Part shown: piece after piece, positions 36,501 through 49,326 of the stretch
How the letters are laid out: every line of letters begins with the position of its first letter
Position numbering within the stretch: position 1 is the first letter of the stretch
Source: Acanthaster planci
Lineage: Eukaryota
Direction: 5' to 3'
Assembly: GCF_001949145.1 (NCBI RefSeq)
Contig: NW_019091356.1
Span: forward strand, 3,392,934-3,456,933
DNA: 64,000 bases
The notes under the pieces: model-generated
Told to the model about the DNA's origin: nothing
What the model saw: the letters and a program-made list of their open reading frames with translations, nothing else
Databases searched by the model: none
Translations under genes and position numbers: made by a program

Positions 36501-39500
36501 ACCACAGAGAACCTCAGAAATGAGAATTGTCCAACTCAGTTTGGTTCTAAACCTTTAATATTACCTGAAATCAGCTAAATCACAAAGTTAAAAAATCAGT
36601 AAAATTCGAGACTGCAAAAAAACACAAGGCTTGATATGCAAGTTGGTAGAGAACGGGTAGAAAATTGCAAAGTTTGGAAACTGGCATCCGAAGTCCATCT
36701 ATTCATGTTGTTTGAGTAATCAGTGGCATGTAGCTCATCTTCACAGTTAGGCGTTAGGTATTTTATGCTTCCATGACAACTGTCTACTCAGGTCGAACTT
36801 GATGGCAACGATCTCCGCGACCTCAACGTCCGGTGGTTACGGGAACACATTGGTGTGGTCAGCCAGGAGCCGGTACTCTTTGCCACGACCATCGCCGAAA
36901 ACATCCGCTATGGTCGGACGGATGCCACCGACGAGGACATCAAAGCGGCTGCGATTGAGGCTAATGCTCACGACTTCATCTCTGCACTCCCTGACGTAAG
37001 ATTTTTGACAATAAAAATTGAAGTAAAGCACCTTGCTCAGGAACACGAGTACAAATCCAAGGCTGGATTTTGAATCGTGTTTGAAATATTGTGCCATTTG
37101 ACCATTAGTCTGACATAGAACCCTTGTGACAATATTGATTACTTTATTCATTTTTTGCGTTGTCATTTTTCTTGTTTCCTTTTTTTTTCAGGGATATCAG
37201 ACGTTGGTTGGCGATCGGGGAGCCCAGCTGTCCGGGGGCCAGAAGCAGCGCGTAGCCATCGCGAGGGCGCTGGTCCGCAATCCTAAGATCCTCCTGCTGG
37301 ACGAGGCCACCTCAGCCCTGGACACGGAGAGCGAGGCTACAGTTCAAGCAGCGCTGGACAAGGTAAACTTTGCACTAGCTCCCCAACACCCTGAGCACAA
37401 TTAAGGTAGGGACTCACATGGCTATGCTTGCAATAATGTGCACGTCTATGAGAAATGGCAGCAGCCACTAGACCAGTGGTCTCTGTTCAAGTGTGTGGTG
37501 TTGACAGCCGTAGTCAATTCAATTCAGTCACGGCTCACTGCCAGGTCCATCAAGTTATTGGCTCTCGCGGAAACCATTAAGAGTTCCTTGTCCTGCAAAC
37601 TATAACACTGGGAATCTTATTGGATGCTACAAATAGTTACTTTTGACAAGAACAGGGGTTGTTCACTTTAACAACCTCGCTTTCTGAAATGGTTGTCATT
37701 GATTCTGTGATGAAACGGGGGAGGAGGTTGGGAACAGACAAAGAAAGACTAAAGAATAAACGATTTCTCCCAAGGTCCAAGCCGGCCGCACCACCATCGT
37801 CATAGCCCACCGCCTCTCCACCATCCAGAACGCCGACGTCATCTGCGCCTTCAAGGGGGGCGTTATCGTGGAGCAGGGCTCCCACGAGGCCCTGATGCAA
37901 GACAAGGAGGGGCTATACGCCCAGCTGGTGCAGCTGCAGTCCCGCAGGGAGCAGAAGGGGGAGGAAGAAGGAGACAAGAAACAGGAGGAAGCGGATGAGG
38001 AGGAGGAGGATGAGGATGAGAAAGGTGAGAGAGGGGGAATCGAACCGCCCACCACCGGTTTTCTTGAGCAGTGTTCTCATGAACCATCAGAACTTCATTT
38101 AAAGGGAAGGGATTCGAACCAGTGCACTAACACTTGAGCTAAGCTGCCCTGTGTTGTCCACAGTCTGCCAAGCTGTCACAGACAGGAAAACGCCATGGGG
38201 AATCGAACCTGTGACCCTCAGAATGCAGCTCCAGTGCTCCACCCACTGTGGCATAAAAAACAGTAGGGGTACCAAACTCATGACCTTTGGCAAAAAGCTT
38301 AAGCCTTGCTGCCTTTTGGGCCCTTGCTGATGTTTTAGTTTTGGAGCTCAACGTTCAAACTTAGCATCTTTTCAGCATTTAGTGGAGAGGCAAGAATAAA
38401 TCATTACGAAAAGACAGCTCAAGGCAGTAATTACAAACACAACGACTGCAGTTTTCAGGTTTAGCCTTTATTTGATTTAGTTTAATTTTATTCAGAAATT
38501 AATCAACTTAGTAACAATTGTACATATACATAGAGAAGCCAAGAGACGGTTGATTCATTCTGGGATAACACAAGAAAGCCAATTACTCAGGCTTATTTCC
38601 ATTCGGGTCCCTTAAGTTTGGCAAATTTACACTTGTACAAAACAAACAAAACATGACAAACAAGTAAATTACCAACCATTTACCCATCACTCATTAATTA
38701 ATTACTAATTAAAATCATCTTCCAATCTCCATGCATTTAAAATTATTTAACTTTTTATTTATTAATTGGCTTTTTGTGATAGATATGACTTTACTTGTTT
38801 TTTTTTTTTAATACGGGAAGACTGGAGTCGATTTTTTTTTTAAGATTCGATCTATCACCCTGGATATCTTCCTGACACCAATAATGATCCATCTTGCCTG
38901 CTGTTTTCCTTATATTTCGTGAAACATTTCTGCCCCGGGAAAATGCTAGTTTTGTCAAAGCAAGAGCTCCAGAATCCATCCACAGATCTTCAGGTTGAAA
39001 CAGCATCTCTTCATGGTATGGTGTTTGTGTACCACTTTTTGGGGTGAACTTTCCATGCCGTGACTCAAGGAGAACTTTCAAATCTTGTCACACTCTTGTT
39101 GCAGTGGAGTTCGGACTATTGCTGTATCCTAAGACCCTCTCGTCTAAACCAAGTCTCTCACTGTGGACTTAATGTGATTGTAGCCTTAAAATGTGGACAC
39201 AAAATGGTTGTTGCGTGTATTACCACATGGCACTCTTCAACATTCATATTCAAATTCCCGACCACCATATTGTGCCCAAATGAAAGACACCAGTTGTCAT
39301 GGACTCTCTCGTAGGTCTGTGGTCTGTGCATTTACACCGACTGTTTGCATTCTTTTGACTAACCTTTCTCTTAATATTTCTGACAATTCTAACCCTTTTC
39401 TCTAACAAGACCGCCCAAGTGAGGAGGAATTTGACCCAATACCAGGTAGGGTGTGGCGCAGCCCTCCTTTGCAGTCATGCAGCGCACCGAATGTCGCATG

Positions 39501-42500
39501 CCAGCTGATTTTATTTCCGTCCTGCTTTTTGTTGTCAGTTTATGTAGTCGTTAAATTGTGCGTTTTGTTTTTGTCACGGTTTCTTCGGTGAGCATTTCAA
39601 AACTAGGAATGCTGGAAAGTTCCTTGGGAGTTGATGATTCTAATTGGCCCATGTACTGATGACATCACACTTTGTTTATGCGTGCACCTTCCTATGGAAC
39701 CAGTGGGTGTCCATGAACCATCGAGCACCATAGGAAAGCATACGCGCAAACAGACTGTGGCATCATTAGTACAGAGGTCAGTTGGGAATGCATGTTGCTT
39801 CCGTTTGGAACAGCGTGAAGGAACACCAGATATTCCCATTTTGGAACGCTTGCTCAAGTGATTACTCTCCTCTCGAGAACAACCATTTCACCTTGGGGCA
39901 TACTGGGACCACTCTTCACACGTAGTTTGGGACATTGCCATGGTTTCTTGTAGTTTTCTTTTCAATTTTTGTTGTGGAGTGACTTTCTGTTTTTGTAGTT
40001 TGTTTATTGAATGAGTTAATGAGTTACTTAGCAACAGCTCTGTGGTTTGAAATGGCCGTGGCTTAAAATTACACACAACTCTATGGAAAGAGGCTGCAGC
40101 CGCTACCATAGACCTACAATTCCAAGCCACAGCCAAGTAATTCAAACAAGTCCCAAGTAGGAGACTAGGCTTAGAACATTTTATTTGCTAAGCAAAAAGT
40201 ACCAGAGTACCAGTTTGAAGAAGCATTCACTGCAAGATGTTCTTGCTGGTCATCAGTTATGCTTAGAACATTTTATTTGCTAAGCACAAAGTTCCAGAGT
40301 ACCAGTTTGAAGAAGCATTTACTGCAAGATGTTCTTGCTGGTCATCAGTTTTTTTTACACAGTGAATATTTTCCATGCTTGCCATGAAATCGGTTCCAAG
40401 GCTGTAGTTGAGGAATTTTTGGCACACATTTTCTGTAATATATTTAGCAAAATTGCTCCCAATTGGCTGTATAGTAGTACCATGCCGCTTGCCTTCAGTA
40501 TTCAGATGACATTGGTACATCAACGGAAGCAAGCCCGTTACATATTTTGCGATATATTGTCATTTGTTTGGTCAGGTACTAAGGAAGCCCGCAGTGCTGA
40601 GAAGGAGCCGCTGTCCAGTTCCCGCCAACGGAAACTCTCCAGCTCAAGCGAAAAAGGCCCTGAGTTGAACCGCATGGTGTCGGCCATGTCCACATCTTCA
40701 GATACACCCGAGTCAAAGGTTGGTGATTGTGATCAGCAGAATACGCCAGCGGTGGTATTTTTACCGATTTACCATTTGTGCTTTTTTGATGTGCTAAGGT
40801 GCAGTGTCGACAATTTTGTTTTGTCAAGCTCATGAGAAAAGGTTGCTAGGCAGTTTTCAACTTTAAAGGAACCATGTAATAGAAATATTTTATGAAATTT
40901 CAATAACTACCCTTGTAATTGCCCCTTTGTGTTTCAGTGAACCTTGTTGTAAATTGTTGTTTTACTATTTTAACCCAGATTTTGGAGCTTTTCTGTTTGT
41001 ATGCTAATGCACATTTGCATATTCATGAGCAAAACTGTGATATCATCCCAGGCACTGAACCTCAATGTTACACTGATTTGTACATAATGAATGTCTAGAT
41101 TTTTGACCACACTGCTATCGTAGATTTCATTTTCTTTGGCAATTTATTGTTGCGTACGTTGAAGGCAATGAAGCCAGTGAGCAAGCTTTTCCAAAAGTGT
41201 TTTCGCATAGCAAATTTCAAGTTCACAATTTGAACATGAAAACATGCAAACTGAGCAGTGTCTTCCTGGATTTACCTCAAGGCAAAAGTGCCCTCACTTG
41301 TCCGCATATGCTTGATCAATTTTGGATGCTTTGATAATCCACTTTTCAGTTCTCGTAACTCAAAAAAGATTCCATGCAGTCTTCATACGTTGAGGAAGAG
41401 TGAAGACATACACTAAAAAGATTTCAAGAAAAAAATTATTGCCTGGTTCCTTTAAACTTGCGCAGTGGCAAGCTCACATTGTAGTCAGGAGTGCATACTT
41501 AGCGCATGGGTTTCTTGGTTTAAGGAGTACCCCATCTGGCAGACGAAGATCTTGATGATTTCTGCCGTTCACACAGTAACCAATAGGTTTCTTTCAATCA
41601 GGTTCAGTAATTAACACAAATTGTCCGTGGCACTGTTGAACACTAGTTAACTAATTAACCCCTTGACGATGGGAACTTTTCTCTGAAAGCCGAGAATTCC
41701 AGCCTCGCTTGGCCACAAAGGCCACCTGCCAAACTGCAAATTCTCTGTTTGTGGCCCTGCGTGCTCTACAAGCTTTGAATTACACAGTGAAAAGGCTCAT
41801 TATTCGGTGGCATGCGGCTCTACTCACACTTCCACATTCCCGTTTCCTCTTTTCAAAGTGGGGACTATTGTGAAGCTGGTGATCATGATGCAAATTCGGT
41901 CTTTTCATTTCTGGGCTACACACAAAGGCCAATCACCATATATACAAGAGCCAGGGTCTGCCTTCTTTCACCGTGTTCGCTCGAGTGTCGGCCGAGAATA
42001 ATAGCTGAAAAGCGGGCTGAGGATCTCAACTTTTACGGCGGCTTTTACCGTCATCCGTCGCGAAGGGGTTAACAGACGTACGTGTATGCTGCATTGTGCA
42101 TATTATGAACATTCAAAGTGCAATTCAGATAAGTTATGCTTTTTTCTTTACAGGAAGAAGACGAGGACGTTCTGAAGAGTTTCAGTTTCTTCCGAGTAAT
42201 GAAGCTGAACTCTCCAGAGTTGGCCTTCATCATCGTGGGCGTGATATGCTCCGCCTTCAATGGGGGAGTGCAGCCGGCATTTGCTGTCATTTTCAGTCGT
42301 ATTCTCCAGGTATTCATCGGAGAAAGAAAGAAGATCTTAGATGTTGTGTTTACTGCGTTGCATTGTGGGATCTTATGAGTCGTATGGTCCAGGGTTGTCC
42401 AGTCCAGCTTGCACTTTTTTTTCCCTCTGTCACATGACTCTGTATGGAAGTCCATTTTTTCAGTTCATGAATATTTCTAACTGAGCAAAAGCAATGATGC

Positions 42501-45500
42501 CACTTTGTTGAGAAATGAACAGAAACGTCCTGGAGCTCAGTTTTGTGACTTAGCTGAAAAGAGAAGCAGTTACATCGAGCAAGGAACGACAGGTCACCGG
42601 CCAAGAATGCCATGCGATATATGGGATTTGTGATTGGTCCCCGCCTCATTGGCGCTCAGCAGGGACAGTTACATGTAGCTGAGCAGTTGTTTTCCTACAT
42701 AAGAAGCAGCATGCGACATTGGGGTTTGCACTGGTTGTGTGAACGACTCACACCTTGGCATGCATATTAACTTTCATGGAATGGTTTTCATGTCTTGCTT
42801 TTTTGTAGACCTTTGCTCTCCCAGTTGACCAAGTCCGTGCTTCGGTCGTAATCTACTGTATTCTTCTCTTCGGCATTGCCGTCCTGGCTCTGATCACCAA
42901 TTTTACAGGGGTGAGCTCATCTTTCAATTGACCCTCCTATGAGTGACCCTCCCCCATCCATTTTGTTGATGCCTGTCACAGTGTTGCATTCGAGTCCAGT
43001 CACAAGTCCCTTCACAAGGCCAGTCATAAGTAACAGGGTGAACACTGAGAGAAAAATTCTTTTGTTGCAGCTTATTTAAATTGGCGTAAGACTGAAGGAC
43101 TTGTGATGGACTTATAGAGACTTGCAAGGACTTGTGATGGACTTATAGAGACTTGCAAGGGCTTGGATGGATTTATAGGGACTTGCAAGGACTTGGATGG
43201 ATTTATAGGGACTTGCAAGGACTTGTGATGGACTTGAATACAATACTGAGCTGTCAGTATCCCAGAGATCATCCAGGCTGCCTACAGTGTGACAGTGTCT
43301 ACATCACAAAAACACACTGCTCCATGGTCATGCTCGCCCACATGAGTCGTTCGCTGCGCAGTTGTGATTGTGCCCTCTTGTGTTGGCCACCCCTGACCCC
43401 GTTCTCGTTTTCGTTTTGCTCAATTTCCCTGTTTTGCCCATGTGCATTAAACCTCCTCTATATCCGACAAGGCAGTTTCACATTTGCAGTTCTTGTGTGT
43501 CCAAGGAACCTCTTTCCTATAACTGGCTCTGTGTCTTTGAATAAAGAACCTGAAAAAAAAACCTTCAAAATACACAACAGAGAGCATTAACCCACAGTCG
43601 GTTGACCCTGTGGGTTAATGGCTCGCCACATAAATCTGTCGTGACTAGGAATAGGATGCTCGACTGTCACAGTTTTCTAACAGTCAAAGCCAAACAGTCG
43701 GAAAGCCTCTCCAAGATTCCTGGTTCCAGCTGTAAAGGTCCCAGAGCCTCAATATCTACCCAGATGATATCACCAACTAGTCATGGGCTGATTGGTCTGT
43801 TCACATCTTCTGTTTACAGGGCGCGGTGTTGGGCAAGTCGGGTGGGGAGCTGACAATGAGACTGAGAGGGATGATGTTCAAGGCTATGCTGCGACAGGTA
43901 GGATCGGCATCCCAGAAAACCGATTAAACTTGTTTTTCATTTTGGCTCAAATGATCTAAAAATGCACAGAAGATTTTGTGTGTTTAGCATGGGCGAGGAG
44001 GCCAAACCAGGGCGTGACTGGAGATAGTTTAGTCCGGAACCATTGTTGCCATAACATTGCTGAAACCTTTATCAAATAAACTTGGGTTGCTTGACAGTCG
44101 GACTAGTCTTGGCAACTGTTCAGGTCGGTCGAAGACTGGTAGCCTGACCGGTTGTCCATTGTAGCCCACGATGCACAGTGCAGGGAAAAGCGGAGCTCAC
44201 AGATTTCTCTTGACAGTGTTGCACTGCCAAAATGGATCAAATTATCCAACGCCTTAATTTTTTCGGTCTCGTTGTTGGACGTGGGTCTTAGATGTGACTT
44301 CAGCGCTGCTGCCTGTCCACTGTGAATCGGCACACAGGTCCCTTAAACACCCAGTGGAACTTTCGTGAAATAAAGTCACGTAAGATGCGTCTAGTTTCCC
44401 CATTTCTTCATCTGCCTGTATGTCTCTCACAGGATATCGGCTGGTTTGACGATCATAAGAACAGTAGTGGGGCACTGACCACCAGGCTCTCCTCTCAGGT
44501 CTCGCTGATTCAGGGGGTGAGTCAAGTACCTTTCCACTATTCCTCCAGTAAAGATGCAAAATGGTCCAAGATTTTTGACGCAATCACCCCAAAAATTATG
44601 CCAGATTTTTTCGCTTTTGATGACTTTGTGTGCAACAACATTGCACATTGACTTTCAATTTAGGGATCAAAGCTCCAAGCAAACTAATCGTGGGTAGACT
44701 CTAACTTCCTCAATCCTTCTAAATCCCTTGAAATGTGGATAGATTTTGAAGGATAAGGGAGGATTAAGCATGGCAAATTCCATTAAGTCTCTTCTCTAGC
44801 CGCTTCCCACCTAACAGTGTCACAGTGTCCTGGCTGCATTTACCTTGTGCAATGCAGTGAACTAGTACAGATCATGAAGCCACTCGAGTGATGGTATTAA
44901 AGGTGATTGTTGGTACCTTCTTACCCTTTAAAGGTGTCTGGTGACCGATTTGGCTTCATAACCCAAGCTTTCTTCAATATTGGCGTGGCCATCATCATCG
45001 CGTTCATCTTCGGCTGGCAGTTGACGTTACTTGTGCTGGCCTTCCTCCCCCTGATTATGTTCGCAGGCCTCATCCAGACCAAGTTCCAGAGGGGCATGGC
45101 CGCCACCAAGAAATCCAGCAACGAAAACATTGGCAAGGTTAGGGCTGTCCAAAATTGCCCTTGTGCGTGGCATGCATGTGAGGACAGTGAGTGTCCTCAG
45201 AGCTTACCTGTGATCCACTTGTGAGGACCTTCAATGTACTAAAAACTCACACATTACCCCTACATGAGGATATAAGCAATGTCCTCAGATCTTTGTATGG
45301 AAACTGCATATGAGGACAGACAGTGTCCTCAAAGCTCCTGAAACTGTATCAGCAGTTGTGCACTTTGTCAAGTTTTCAAATGATCTGAGGTCACAGTATC
45401 TGTGCTGATGCATTATAGTCAGTTGACCCCATGTCAGAGGTCATCAACACAACAATGCATTGGCTGGTCCCCATATTTGAGATATTTGAGCAGTGCGTGG

Positions 45501-48500
45501 TCCGGGTCAGAATGATTTTGAAGGGCCAACCACAGTGTTTCCTTGTTGATAATATTTCATTGAACTAGGTGAATTAGGTGGTCATGTAGCCACGTAGCCC
45601 TATTTTCTCACAGCCAGCAGCAGTCTCTGTAAAGAATGTTCCATTGCTCCCTCTTTTTTTTTCGTTTGTTCAGATCGTAACAGAAACCATCGAGAACGTT
45701 CGCACGGTTGCCAGTCTGACCATTGAACCGGCTTTCATACAGAAATATATACGGCTAATGGCCAAGCCTTACAGGTAGTTTACCCCACCCACTGCCCCAA
45801 AAAATGTTTATGAGTTCCAAAACAGAATTAGTTAAAAATGAATGCCTTTGAGGACAGAGTTTGGTTCCACTGAATACATGGAAACACCCACTCATCCCCT
45901 CACAGTTTTTTGGACTTTTGCACTGGCCAGAATTTGACGGGTTATTCCATTGCCTCATGCCATTTTATAAGGATATGAACTTCCAACAAGGGGTAAGAGA
46001 GAAATTACTTCGTTTTAACCCTTCACTTTTAACTTCCATGACTTTTGTCTCTTCAAACAACTTCAGGGATAGCAAACGGGATGCTCATCTGTCTGGCATC
46101 GCGTACTCCATTTCGCAGTGTGTGATTTTCTTTGCCTATGCTGCGGCGTTTCGTTTTGGGGGCTGGCTGGTGCAGAATTGCTACATGGAATTCCAAAACG
46201 TCTTCTTGTGAGTACTTTGGTCCCTGATGGGCAAGCCTTTGTTTCTCATCGGCTGAAAAATCTTCCTGAAGTCAAGCACTGAGTGTTGTTCGACGTTACC
46301 CGTTTTCCGGCATTCTGCAACCTTCAAATCATCCGAAACATGGTGTTTGATTTCATAGGACATCGGATTTCTGTAACATAGAAATCCAGTCACCACAAGT
46401 CAGTCATGAGGCAGTCCAAAGTCAAGTGTCAAACTGTATAGATGAAATTTGATGACATGTTTTTGTCATCGTTCTTCATCCACTGACCTTAACTTGTGTT
46501 CATTCGTAGGGTGTTCTCGGCCATTATTTTTGGCGGGTTTGGTCTGGGTCGGGCTATGGCCTCAGCACCAGACTACAACAAAGCTAAGTTTGCAGCTGCG
46601 TACATGTTCCACCTACTGGACAGAGTCCCACCTGTCGACAGCTACAGTGACAAAGGCCTGAAACCGGTGAGATGTTTAAAAAAAACTTACTTCGTAGTGT
46701 TTTAGAAAAATTTTTTTGAAGTGTTTTGTATGCAGTTTAGATTCTATAAAAATGAATAATTTTCCTCCAAAGTTATTTTTCCACCATCTTTTAAGATTAT
46801 TTATTAAATTTATTTTTAGCTCAAGATGAATTCGCTCAGTAGTAAAAGTATACAATTTCTGTGAAGTTGCAAGCTTGAAAAATCTCATGTGTAAGTCAGT
46901 CTGTGTTCCATTCAGAGTAGAAAACTAAAGCCCATCGAAACTTTTACGATTTCCCCTCGACTACAATTCCTGCGATAGCATTTTCACGACTTGTCCATAA
47001 TCCGCTTTGGTGTCATGCTTTGACAGGAGGAGTTTGAGTCGAAGATATCCTTTGACAAGGTGCGCTTTCGATACCCGACCCGCCCAGACGTGCCCGTCCT
47101 GCGCGGCCTGACCGTCTCGGTCAAGCCGGGAGAGACCCTGGCCCTGGTGGGCAGCAGCGGCTGCGGGAAGAGCACCACAGTGTCTCTATTCGAGCGCTTC
47201 TACACTCCGACTGCTGGACTAGTGGTGAGCCCCGTGATTTTGATCACATTTCTCAGTGTCTTCTCAAGAGGAGAGGAGGAACGTAAGCAGGTGGACCTAC
47301 TCTGATCAGCAGCCATTTGTAAACCGCTGGTTGACTTTGCCCGGTAACCCATGCATAACATATTAAAAAAGTGGAGGGCTTGTGTCATAAAAATAACAGG
47401 GTAAATGTTTTAATGAAAACTTGAGAGAGTGGCGTAAGTCGAAAGTCTTGTAGCAGAAAAATTAAGTCGGATGGCAGAGCATCAAAGCACGATGGTGCTC
47501 CACCAGAATCCTTTTAAGGGGCTTGTTAACTTCTGTTTCTTGTTTCATCTTGAGAAGTCTTGTCAAACCCTTGTGAATGTTGAAGAGTCTAGGAATGTTG
47601 CGGGTTTAAGAACCTTTTCTTTGGATTTCGCTCCTTGCCGTCTTTGACAGAGCTTGGATAGTAACGACATCAAGGTCCTGAACACAGGCTGGCTGCGTTC
47701 TCAGATTGGCCTGGTGTCCCAGGAGCCTGTGCTCTTTGACCTTAGCGTGGCTGAAAACATCGCCTACGGGGACAACTCCCGGGTGGTTCCCATGTTGGAG
47801 GTCATTGAAGCGGCCAGGAAGGCCAACATCCATGACTTTATCGCCTCCTTGCCTGAGGTGAGTTGAATCATGGCCGATTTTATCGCCTACTAGTGCTCAG
47901 TGACATAATGTGTTTGCCATTGACGTCTTTGGTCTGCCATCTTGATGCTAAGCCCTGGTCAAAATGAGGTTTGTTGTCTGCGACTTCAATCTGCATCCTG
48001 CGTAAACAGGGGAAAAAAAGCCCTAGGTGGAAGGTGTAGATATGGGCACTGTCTCAAGGCAGAGAGTGAAAGCTTGAAAATGGATCCATATGTCTTGTGC
48101 ATAGATGCTAGAGGGCGCTGTGGAGTTTAATAATGGAAGTCGAGAGCATGTCTGAATCAACTGGCTAAGGCTGCCAGTAACACATACCCCTATGGGCAGT
48201 GACCGCAGCCGGTAGCTAGAGGCTTCCATAAAGTGCATGTTGTATTGAGGCGCAGCCATAACATGTTGATGGAGACTTGGGCTGCGGCTGTATCAGGTGC
48301 ATCTGTGGGAGGTAGCTGCAGCCACTGTCTAAAGATTGGAACACAGCCCTTGAGAGGCTGGTGCCCTGACTTTTCTTTATATTCCCTCCTGGCTTTTAAA
48401 GGAAGGGAGGTGAGAACCAGTCTCTCTGAGAGCCTTTTCTGCGTCCAAGCTCAACAACCATTGTTAAGTGTCTATTTTTTCTTCCAGGGGTATGAGACGC

Positions 48501-49326
48501 GAGTTGGGGACAAGGGCACCCAACTCTCTGGAGGCCAGAAGCAGCGTGTGGCCATCGCGAGGGCGCTGGTCCGCAATCCCAAGATCCTTCTGCTGGACGA
48601 GGCCACGTCAGCCCTGGACATGGAGAGCGAACGGGTGGGTTGGGATCCTTCGGTTCTTATCCTTATTTCTTTTCGGTTCTCTTTACAGTTTTATATTCAA
48701 GAGCTTTAACGTTTTGTCATCTTTGGAAAAAGAAATGTAGCGCAAAAAAATGGAGGAATTGAGCCGGTGCCTTTTACACACGTTATTTGCGCGTTCTATA
48801 ACCTGTACCAGCTGCCTGGATCCAGACTGGGACATTTTTAAATCTTGACACTTTTCCCCTCAACCTGAAAAGAGGTTTGCTGGTTAGATGTATTTCGGAG
48901 GATTTTACACGTCCTCAGAGTTGGCTCAGTGCTAATTCACATTGCAGAGGTTTTGACTGCATTCGGGTTGAACCCTTTTTTATGGAAGTCACCCAACACA
49001 AGGCCCCAAGAGGCCGCTCAAGGTGAAAGAAGAGAAGTAAAAGCCTAAGACATTTAGAACCGCAACTGTTAGTTGCAAAGGTTGGAATACAGTGGTCACT
49101 CGGTGGCGGATTTGTTTGGCCGCAGGTGGTTCAAGCGGCCTTGGACGAGGCCAAGAAGGGGCGGACCTGCATCACCATCGCCCACCGGCTCTCCACCATC
49201 CACGACGCCGAGAAGATCGTCGTCATCCGTCACGGCAAAGTGGCCGAGATCGGTCGTCACGAGGATCTGATGCAGCTGCAGGGCCAATACTACAGCCTCT
49301 ACACAGCCCAGGACATGCAGAGTTGA
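30582..49326 (+). CDS. ABCB1: Full-length ABCB1/MDR (P-glycoprotein)-like ABC transporter, copy 2, about 1359 aa
   Basis: 28 coding exons in frame: 30582-30672, 31121-31311, 31740-31909, 32786-33010, 33487-33661, 34147-34271, 34949-35065, 35227-35281, 35404-35517, 35933-36043, 36305-36430, 36792-36995, 37192-37362, 37775-38024, 39410-39445 (optional microexon), 40576-40718, 42154-42309, 42809-42910, 43820-43897, 44433-44516, 44934-45137, 45674-45774, 46067-46207, 46510-46666, 47027-47224, 47651-47857, 48488-48634, 49126-49326 (TGA); 4080 nt. Architecture TMD-NBD-TMD-NBD with both NBDs intact. Confidence 0.95.
32115..32498. repeat. About 41-bp minisatellite, roughly 9.5 copies
   Basis: Unit CACTAGACTGGATTATATACACACCTCCCAGTTATATTTGC starts at 32115, 32156 and onward, decaying toward the 3' end; intronic. 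Confidence 0.95.
38195..38253 (-). mobile_element. Degenerate tRNA-derived SINE fragment
   Basis: Minus strand GCCACAGTGGGTGGAGCACTGG...GGTCACAGGTTCGATTCCCC contains a B box. Two further B-box fragments lie near 38035 and 38110. Confidence 0.55.
38480..38790 (-). mobile_element. LINE (CR1/L2-group-like) 3' tail remnant
   Basis: The minus strand has an RT-terminal-like KLNNFKC...KMILISN remnant, then GGGACCCGAATGGAAATAAGCC...GGCTTTCTTGTGTTATCC and an A-rich tail. Family assignment is from pattern recall. Confidence 0.4.
40169..40350. repeat. 92-bp tandem duplication
   Basis: GCTTAGAACATTTTATTTGCTAAGC...GCTGGTCATCAGTT occurs at 40169 and 40261, near-identical. Confidence 0.9.
40867..41451. 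mobile_element. Kolobok-like non-autonomous DNA transposon, 585 bp
   Basis: TTAA at 40863-40866 and 41452-41455. TIRs AGGAACCATGTAATAG and reverse-complement AGGAACCAGGCAATAA (purine-purine termini). Confidence 0.7.
41659..42068. mobile_element. piggyBac-type MITE, 410 bp
   Basis: TTAA at 41655-41658 and 42069-42072. TIRs CCCCTTGACGATGG and reverse-complement CCCCTTCGCGACGG, related to the element at 16178. Confidence 0.7.
43089..43235. repeat. About 30-bp minisatellite, roughly 5 copies
   Basis: Tandem units of the GACTTGCAAGGACTTGTGATGGACTTATAGA type. Confidence 0.85.

Noticed and set aside
48618..48630. Degenerate NBD2 in ABCB1 copy 2 (SALDMES vs SALDTES)
   Set aside because: The change lies outside the invariant D-loop residues; the Walker B Glu, signature and His switch are intact.
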